Source of the DNA: Minutocellus sp. GHC0000111
Taxonomy: Eukaryota
Direction: 5' to 3'
DNA: 64,000 bases
Assembly: GCA_977018835.1 (NCBI GenBank)
Contig: OZ361256.1
Coordinates: 6,386,001-6,450,000 of the forward strand
Under the pieces are notes generated by a model. The model made no database searches. It had not been told where the DNA came from and was given only the letters and a program-made list of their open reading frames with translations. Positions 56,801-64,000 of this stretch are shown here, one piece after another; within the stretch, counting starts at the first letter, position 1, and every line of letters starts with the position of its first letter. The position numbers and the translations under genes are program-made.

Positions 56801-57899
56801 GAAAAGAGTCGTCTCACCAAGAAGGCCGAATCCTCCGAGCTTGAGGGCAAGAAGCTTGCTATCAAGGTACAGAAGATGCAGAAGGAGCGATCTGGAGCCG
56901 AGAAGCTCATCAAGAGTATGCTCAAGAAGTATCCTTGGATCGAGAGTGAGAAGGAGGCCTTTGGTGTTGCTGGTGGTGACTATGATTTCAGTGCGGCGGA
57001 CCCTGCGCAGATGAGCAGCCACCTCAAATCCCTCAAGCACGAGCAGGAAACTCTTGGAAGAAAGATTAACAAGAAGGTCATGGGTATGATCGAGAAGGCC
57101 GAAGGAGAATACACTGAGCTTCTTCGCAAGAGAAAAGTTGTCGAGAACGATAAGAAGAAAATCCAGGCAGTCATTGAGGAACTTGATGTTAAGAAGAAGT
57201 CCGAGCTTGGTAAGTGCGCTTTGTCAAATAAACGGCGCTACTATTTGTTCTTTCCTCTCCCCGTGATACTATTCTCACATATCATCATTGTTCCCCTTAT
57301 TTTTCACCTCTTCTCTCAATTCAGAGCGGACATGGGTCAAAGTCAACCGCGATTTTGGTTCCATCTTCTCAACTCTTCTACCGGGAGCATCTGCCAAGCT
57401 CGAACCTCCAGAGGGTATGGAAGCTTGGGAGGGACTCGAGGTCAAGGTGGCATTCGGAGACGTATGGAAGGAGAGTCTGTCGGAGCTCAGTGGTGGTCAG
57501 CGATCGCTTCTGGCTCTGTCCCTGATTCTTTCCCTCCTCCTGTTCAAGCCAGCTCCCATGTACATTCTTGATGAGGTCGATGCTGCCCTTGATTTGAGCC
57601 ACACCCAAAATATTGGTAATATGTTGAAGACACACTTCTCCCAGAGTCAATTCATTGTCGTTTCGCTCAAGGAGGGAATGTTCAACAATGCCAACGTTAT
57701 CTTCAGAACCAAGTTCGTCGATGGCGTTTCTACAGTCACGCGAACGATTGGCACCGGTGCCAGCGACAAGGCTCGAGCACTCGCAAACAGCAACACGGCC
57801 ATGGAGGAGGACGAAGCCCCGGCGAGGAAGAGACAGGCCAAGGGTGGACGATCAAGAGGAGGAAAGGCTGGTAAGGAGAATGCTACCGAGGTCATGTAA
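53822..57899 (+). CDS. SMC2: Condensin subunit SMC2, 4 exons
   Basis: [21 protein letters not shown], hinge, [17 protein letters not shown]. Introns 53887-54080, 55309-55408, 57210-57324. Confidence 0.97.
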
Positions 57900-58207
57900 A
57901 TTAATTGATGACCTATAGTGTCGGTGATACTATTCTTCACCATCCAAGTCAAGCATCTTGATCGGACATATACTCGTGGAGATCTTGGGGAAATCTCTTC
58001 ATTATTTGTCTCTTTTCTTTTCGATAGAAACAGAACATGACGCATCTGGGTCTATCTATTTTCTGTGCATTGATAAATACAACAATAATAATATAGTATA
58101 AGATAAAGTCTCTTGTAGTATTCATTATTTTAAAACGAGTATAAAGAATATGCATATAAATCTCTAAAAATCGGAATATGTAATGCTCTCGGCGACAAGG
58201 TGCTTAT

Positions 58208-59029
58208 TCACCTATTTATTTCTGGAAAGAGGTCACGAAGAATTTGCAATTCGTCGTTGGGCCAGTCATCCACGCCACCTTCCGTAGAGCAAGGCATGTC
58301 AGTATCATTCGTGGGAGCAACGACGTGCTGATGAGCCATGGTAGGTTCTCCCAGGTCATCGAAGAGCTCGAGCACGTCATCCACGCCGCCTACCGTTGCG
58401 AGTGTATCGCTAGACGTGAGATCTTTTTCGACTTCTACAACTGGAGTAGAGAAGTAGATTGGAACAGCGACTGAAGTAGGAGTCCTAGTAAGCTCAATAG
58501 ACTCGAATGACTTCTCATTATCACTCGTTGGAGTAATGACGTGCTGACGAGCGACAGTAGGTTCTCCCTTTGGCGTAGAAGGAGTGGTGTCGGTAGCAAC
58601 CTTCGCGGCCTTAGAGACATTTGTATTAGTACTCTTGACGATCTTGCAAGACTTCTTCGTCTTGTCGGCCTTGGAAACCTTAACCTTCTTAGTAGTTTTG
58701 GCGGCCTTGGCCTTCCTGGCCCTGTACGCCCTTTCGTCGCAGAATCGCTGCATGACCCTGTCCACGGCATCTTCCGTGCTGAGGACTTTCCACTGTCCAT
58801 TGTCCTTCTTCATGAATCTACCCGGAAGGAGGGCTTTAACAATATCTTCAGCAATCTGTCTCTTTTTGGGAGAAAACTTTTCCTTGATTTTGATGTATTT
58901 CTCGTAGCGCTTTTTCACACTGCCAAGATAGTTCCTTGAACCCTTTGTCTTCCTCTTGGCCCCATTTGTAGTGATGGCAATGTCAATATCGGTTGGACCG
59001 GCTTTGTCGGTGATACCGGTACTTGACAT
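58208..59029 (-). CDS. Divergent DUF6824-like diatom protein
   Basis: KKRQIAEDIV...PGRFMK..NGQWKVLSTEDAVDRVMQRFCD pattern followed by a low-complexity tail. Confidence 0.6.
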   Translation of the reverse strand: MSSTGITDKAGPTDIDIAITTNGAKRKTKGSRNYLGSVKKRYEKYIKIKEKFSPKKRQIAEDIVKALLPGRFMKKDNGQWKVLSTEDAVDRVMQRFCDERAYRARKAKAAKTTKKVKVSKADKTKKSCKIVKSTNTNVSKAAKVATDTTPSTPKGEPTVARQHVITPTSDNEKSFESIELTRTPTSVAVPIYFSTPVVEVEKDLTSSDTLATVGGVDDVLELFDDLGEPTMAHQHVVAPTNDTDMPCSTEGGVDDWPNDELQILRDLFPEINR

Positions 59030-59808
59030 TTTGATTGAATTTTGACGCTATGTCTGAAGAGATAAAAAGTCGCTCGTTGGGCGGGACGGAAATAAGGATG
59101 AGAATAAGATTTGGCTCGTTCGTTTTGGACGATGATGAAGATGAGGGTTAGTGCTGTATGGATGATATGATGTATCAGGTTGGTTAGGAATGTGATGGCG
59201 ATTGTTGCAGGCTACAATTGATCAACAGTACGAAACAGAAATTGCACATGAATAAAGCATGCCATGCTATACATGCCAACGATCGATGATACCCAGCCAT
59301 CAATTGAACGGATCAAACGATCAAACACGTTCTTGGGACAGGCATCTGTGCAAGTCCCGGAACACAACACACAAAGTATGGTATCGGCATTCGGCACCTC
59401 TTCGTCAACAAATTCAAATTCGACCGGTCGCCACGCCGTCGAATTCAAACCCGATCAACTTGACTTACCTTTTGCCGATCACTGCGATTGTTATCAAAGC
59501 GAATGGGGTGAATGTTTGCAAGTAGTTAGTTGATGGATTGATTGGGTATTTTTCTCGATGTTTTGCTACTGGAGGATATCGCGTGGCGGGCGGAACAACG
59601 TGTCGACGTCTTCCTCTCGACAAAAATCTGAATCGTGCTTCAGGTTTCTGATAACTGTCACAATGACGCCGATGCGAAGGACGTACGTAGAAGGTACGTA
59701 CGTAACTGTGGCAGAACGGCCGCTCGGAGCTCGGAACTCGGAAAGGTACCTAGCCTAGGTACAGTATCTCCACCGCACCGTCGTATCGTTTGCATTGGGC
59801 TTCCCATC

Positions 59809-62800
59809 ATGTCCTCGCGTGGCAGCAGCAGCAGCGGCAGGGACCGATACCCAGCGGGGGGAATGTCTTCATCGTCGACCGGCTCCCGGCGGAGCCACCA
59901 GCAGTCTCAACAGAGGGACCGGGTCAGTACCAGCGGTGGTGGAAGCCGAGGTGGTGTTGGTGCTCCCCTTCCCCAACAGCAGGCTATGCAGCGAATGTCG
60001 GGAGATTACGACAGCATCGAGCGTGCGAGAACGGGGAGCAGCATCGATTCTTGGCAGATGCAGCAGCGGCAGTATCATGCTTCGGCTGGTCGAGCCGGTG
60101 CAGGTGCTGGCGCATCAGCAGCGGGGGTTCCGCCCCCACCTCCTCCGCCACAGCAGCCGCCGCCGCCGCAGCAGGTTATTCATGCCGTCCCATCGAATGT
60201 ATCGGCCAACACCTCCATGCTCTCCACAACGACGCCGGCTCAGGCCATATCGGTGGAATCGCCCCTCCCGCCCGTGGTCCAGCGCTCCCTCGGCGACCGG
60301 TCCTACGATAAGCGGAAGAATGCCGCATTGGAAATTGAATCGCTCGTAAAGTCCCTGCAGGAGAGCGGCAATTCGGCAATGGTCCATTCGGTACTGGTCA
60401 TCTTGTCGAAGGACTTTTGCACCAGCATGAATGCGAATTACCGCAAGGGTGGTCTGATCGGTATCGCCGCCACGGCAATTGGACTAATGGCAAATACGCG
60501 GCATTATCTTGATGCAATGCTCCCCCCGGTCTTGCAATGCTTTGACGACCCGGAGAGTCGGGTCCGATATTACGCCTGCGAGAGTTTGTACAACATTGCC
60601 AAGGTCGCCCGGACGGCCATACTGCGGTACTTCAACGACATATTTGACGGCTTGACCAAGCTCTTTGCCGACGTCGACGTCGACGTGAAGAATGGTGCCA
60701 GCCTCCTCGATCGGCTCATCAAGGATATTGTGACTGAATCCGATACCTTCCAAGTGGAACAATTTCTTCCTCTCCTGCAGAACTACATCCGACGGACCAA
60801 CCCGTACATCCGCCAGCTGCTCGTGAGTTGGATTACAGTCCTGGACTCCGTCCCGGACATCAACATGATTGACTACTTGCCGGACTTCCTTTATGGGCTG
60901 TTCAACATGCTTTCCGATTCTAACCGGGAGATTCGGCAGGCGGCCGACAGTGCTCTGTCGGAATTTCTCCGGGAGGTCCGAACGTCGACCGTGGTGGAAT
61001 TTGGCCCCATCGTGTCGATATTGGTTTCGCAGTGTCACTCGCGTGATCCGCTAAATCGGTTGACGGCCATGACGTGGATGGCGGAGCTCATCCATCATCC
61101 TCATTCCGGTGGCGATGCCCTCCTTCCCTTTCACGCGGAGGTTTTGGCCGCCATCATGTCGTGCCTGTCAGATACCGAGGCCGAGATCCGCACCGTGTCA
61201 GAGCGCACCAATGCCGACCTTCTCACCCTGGTTCGCGACACGGAGGGTGGTTTCGAACTAAGGCCCCTGCTGGATACACTGACCAAGGAGTCGTTGGGGA
61301 AAGACGACGTTCCGACCAAGATGGCGGCGCTCCGGTGGATCAATATGTTGCTCGAGAAGAGAAAAGATGACATGAAGGTGTTTATTCCCGACCTACTTCC
61401 AGTGCTTCTTCGCACACTATCTGATCCCAGCGATCCTGTCGTCATTCTTACCCTCCAAGTGCTCTCTAGAATATCACTCGCCGATCAAAAGGGAATAGGA
61501 CGAGCGTCTCTCTTGGGTTCATCATCTTCATCTAGCAGCAGAAAGTCGACGTTGGAAAAGGCGAGGCAACTTCGTGCTAGGCAAAAGGGTGAAAGGGGCT
61601 CTCTTGAGTCGGCTTCGTTGGCTGACATTCCCGGCGTCCCTCCGCCCGAAGATCAATTTCAGATGGTCTTGAATGCAATTCTTGGTCTATTTGCCTCTGA
61701 CAGACGATTGCTCGAGACGCGCGGATCTCTCGTCGTGCGCAAGCTCTGCGTTTTGTTGAATGCCGAGAGTGTTTACATTCGCCTGGCAGGAGCTCTATCT
61801 TCTGTGGACTTTGCTTTGTCCGGTGAAGGAGATAATGCAACTATTGTTGGTACTACAATTGGAGATCAGGGTCCGGAGGTATCAAATTACAGCCTCGAAT
61901 TCGTTGGTACGATGGTTCAGACACTGAATCTCATCCTACTTACCGCGCCAGAACTTCACGGCTTACGTTCACTCCTATCGAAGAGCTTTGCCAAGAAGAG
62001 TGCTGCTAGTGGCCAAGAGAGCAAGTTGGCAGATGACGATGCAGTTGATGGTGCCCGAGTCTTTACAGCTCTCTTCCATTGCTGGTGTCACAATCCCGTT
62101 GCCACTTTTTCGCTTTGTCTTTTGGCCCAGGCCTACGATGTCGCCTTCGCCCTTGTCAAGAAGTTTAGCGAACTCGAGGTGACTGTTGGCTTCCTAATGC
62201 AAATTGACAAGCTGGTTCAGCTCCTGGAAAGTCCAATCTTTATTCATCTTCGGCTACAACTGCTCGACGTTGAAAAGCCACAGCACCCGTATTTGCTCAA
62301 ATCTTGCTATGGTCTGCTCATGCTGGTTCCACAGAGTGATGCGTTCCGATCGCTGAATGATCGCCTTGCAACAGTGTGCAACCTTAGGGGCAACCTTGGG
62401 GTCAGCCAAACCATCACGTCGAACGAACCGATGGCATTGTCTACTAGTCAGTGGGCTCCTTCGACGAAGCATCTGTTGGAACGATTTAATGAGGTTACCG
62501 AACTTCATCGGATCGAAATGGAAAGAGCGAGAGAAAAGGCAGAAATGGAGATTCAGCCACCCTCAGTTGATGTCTCCAACAATCATGATGGAATAGCCCC
62601 ACCACTAACCCCATCGGGAGTGTCTCTGGCCCCTTCCACCCCTGGAGGCAAAAGCGTGTACATCCCCGGCGGTAGTGTTGTTGGCGTGAAGGGACTGGCA
62701 CAACCTCATTTGGGCCCGCCCCCTCCACCGTCGCCAAGCAGTCGGCCTGGTTTCCTACCTCAGACTGGGCCGAAAGCAATACGTCCAAGCGGCCGAGTCA

Positions 62801-62814
62801 CGGCGGAAATGTAG
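59809..62814 (+). CDS. VAC14: PIKfyve/Fab1 complex scaffold VAC14
   Basis: LGDRSYDKRKNAALEIE, RKGGLIG, RVRYYACESLYN, WCHNPVATFSLCLL, QIDKLVQLLESPIF. Confidence 0.97.
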   Translation: MSSRGSSSSGRDRYPAGGMSSSSTGSRRSHQQSQQRDRVSTSGGGSRGGVGAPLPQQQAMQRMSGDYDSIERARTGSSIDSWQMQQRQYHASAGRAGAGAGASAAGVPPPPPPPQQPPPPQQVIHAVPSNVSANTSMLSTTTPAQAISVESPLPPVVQRSLGDRSYDKRKNAALEIESLVKSLQESGNSAMVHSVLVILSKDFCTSMNANYRKGGLIGIAATAIGLMANTRHYLDAMLPPVLQCFDDPESRVRYYACESLYNIAKVARTAILRYFNDIFDGLTKLFADVDVDVKNGASLLDRLIKDIVTESDTFQVEQFLPLLQNYIRRTNPYIRQLLVSWITVLDSVPDINMIDYLPDFLYGLFNMLSDSNREIRQAADSALSEFLREVRTSTVVEFGPIVSILVSQCHSRDPLNRLTAMTWMAELIHHPHSGGDALLPFHAEVLAAIMSCLSDTEAEIRTVSERTNADLLTLVRDTEGGFELRPLLDTLTKESLGKDDVPTKMAALRWINMLLEKRKDDMKVFIPDLLPVLLRTLSDPSDPVVILTLQVLSRISLADQKGIGRASLLGSSSSSSSRKSTLEKARQLRARQKGERGSLESASLADIPGVPPPEDQFQMVLNAILGLFASDRRLLETRGSLVVRKLCVLLNAESVYIRLAGALSSVDFALSGEGDNATIVGTTIGDQGPEVSNYSLEFVGTMVQTLNLILLTAPELHGLRSLLSKSFAKKSAASGQESKLADDDAVDGARVFTALFHCWCHNPVATFSLCLLAQAYDVAFALVKKFSELEVTVGFLMQIDKLVQLLESPIFIHLRLQLLDVEKPQHPYLLKSCYGLLMLVPQSDAFRSLNDRLATVCNLRGNLGVSQTITSNEPMALSTSQWAPSTKHLLERFNEVTELHRIEMERAREKAEMEIQPPSVDVSNNHDGIAPPLTPSGVSLAPSTPGGKSVYIPGGSVVGVKGLAQPHLGPPPPPSPSSRPGFLPQTGPKAIRPSGRVTAEM

Positions 62815-62968
62815 GCCTGGTGCATGTATGGAGTGCACTTGGGAAAGAACAAATATATTGTACGATCGTAATGATAAAATTAAATGGTATACACTATATA
62901 TTTCGATCGCATTGTTTTTTTACTTAGTATTATCATTGGACAGACAGATACTACTTCACTTATTCTGA

Positions 62969-63811
62969 TTAAGGAGGCATCCTCAATGCTCCATCCAAAC
63001 GAATTGTTTCTCCATTGAGCATTGGATTCGTCAATATACTACCAACCAATTTTCCAAACTCATCGGGATCACCCAAACGGGAGGGGCAGGGAACACTCTG
63101 TCCCAGCTCAGCCTGCACTTTCTCCGGTAGTCCCTCGAGTAGGGGTGTTTTGAATAGTCCAGGCGCCACAGTCATGACACGTACTCCGTATTGTGCAAGA
63201 TCGCGGGCCATGGGAAGTGTCATGCCAACGACAGCACTTTTGGACGCACTATAGGCAACTTGCCCACATTGGCCATCAAACGCTGCTATCGAACTTGTAT
63301 TGACAATGCAGCCTCGGATCCCATCACCACCAGGCTCTCTTTTAGCCATTCGCTGTGCTGCAAGTCGAGCTACATTGAAGGTACCGACTGTATTTACCTG
63401 TATAGTCTTGGTGAATTCTTCCAGTGAATGAACTCTTGGCATCACATCACCTTCCTTTGGACGCGAAAGTACCTTTCTCGCAGTACCAATGCCGGCACAA
63501 CTAATGGCCGCATTTACCGGCTCGCCAAACTGTGACTCTGCCAAATCAAGAGCTGCCGATACCTGATCTTCGTTCGTCACGTCCGTCTCTGCGAAGGCAA
63601 GAACTGGCGATGACACTGTAGTGTCAGCAGCGGCGGCCACTGCCGCATCGGCACATGACGCCGCGGCGAGACGCAGGAAAGATTCATGTTGCGAGGCCAG
63701 ATCGGCGACCACAACTCGACCCCCATTACGAACGATATAAGCCGCGGTTGCTGCTCCGAGGCCTGACGCGCCACCCGAAACGATTCCCACGACGTTCTTG
63801 AGGAGGGCCAT
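62969..63811 (-). CDS. HSD17B10: 3-hydroxyacyl-CoA dehydrogenase type 2 (SDR5C1)
   Basis: SGGASGLG, YSASK, MTLPMARDL, NPMLNGETIRLDGALRM. Confidence 0.93.
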   Translation of the reverse strand: MALLKNVVGIVSGGASGLGAATAAYIVRNGGRVVVADLASQHESFLRLAAASCADAAVAAAADTTVSSPVLAFAETDVTNEDQVSAALDLAESQFGEPVNAAISCAGIGTARKVLSRPKEGDVMPRVHSLEEFTKTIQVNTVGTFNVARLAAQRMAKREPGGDGIRGCIVNTSSIAAFDGQCGQVAYSASKSAVVGMTLPMARDLAQYGVRVMTVAPGLFKTPLLEGLPEKVQAELGQSVPCPSRLGDPDEFGKLVGSILTNPMLNGETIRLDGALRMPP

Positions 63812-63916
63812 TGTTCTTGTTCTCGTATCTTTTGTGTTGACGACGTGTTTGTTGTTCTTGTTCTCGTATCTTTTGTGTTGACGACGTTCTTGAGGAGGCG
63901 AGGGCCATTGTTCTTG
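63789..63916. repeat. Nested direct duplications over the HSD17B10 start and 5' UTR
   Basis: 36-bp unit at 63811-63846 and 63852-63887. Segment 63789-63819 is recopied at 63881-63916 with a 5-nt insertion. Confidence 0.9.
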
Positions 63917-64000
63917 ACAGCTTTTGTTGATGCAGCGTTCGCGATTTTGCGTCTACGACGAGAGTATGCGAGCACGGGTTGTGCCGAATTTCGCCATTTT

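Noticed and set aside
8260..57899. Cluster of chromosome-maintenance genes (HAT1, NSE3, CENP-S, SMC2, CDK11)
   Set aside because: Interspersed with unrelated genes; without synteny data chance is sufficient.
1..64000. CRISPR arrays, tRNA or rRNA genes
   Set aside because: No repeat-spacer array or recognisable structural RNA seen by eye; a covariance search was not possible.

Overview
Gene-dense eukaryotic nuclear DNA, most likely a diatom: short GT-AG introns, bipartite plastid-targeting peptides, and DUF6824-like, TKL-kinase and M6-protease families. About 27 protein-coding genes are supported, including thioredoxin, a kinase, a nucleotide-sugar transporter, DnaJ, CDK11, organellar SSB, HMG-box, HAT1, a 4-RRM Gbp2-like protein, NSE3, a STRA6-like membrane protein, CENP-S, UTP11, an adaptin/TPLATE-like protein, an M6 protease, a B-lectin/GH99-like fusion, SMC2, VAC14 and HSD17B10. 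There is one full-length DD39D mariner transposon (9647-13127; TIRs and TA TSD) and one probable non-autonomous TIR element (418-1920). The most striking signal is in the central ~1.8 kb of the mariner, which has no RTAY tetranucleotide. Its Tyr codons survive only after pyrimidines, while Cys/His occupy the purine-preceded positions. This suggests repeat-targeted, both-strand A>G change at R-TA-Y (a RIP-like process acting on adenine), or a repeat-specific base modification miscalled by long-read sequencing. Many host genes carry 1-nt indels or stops that look like assembly errors, so frameshifts here should be read cautiously. All annotation is by eye; no searches were run.
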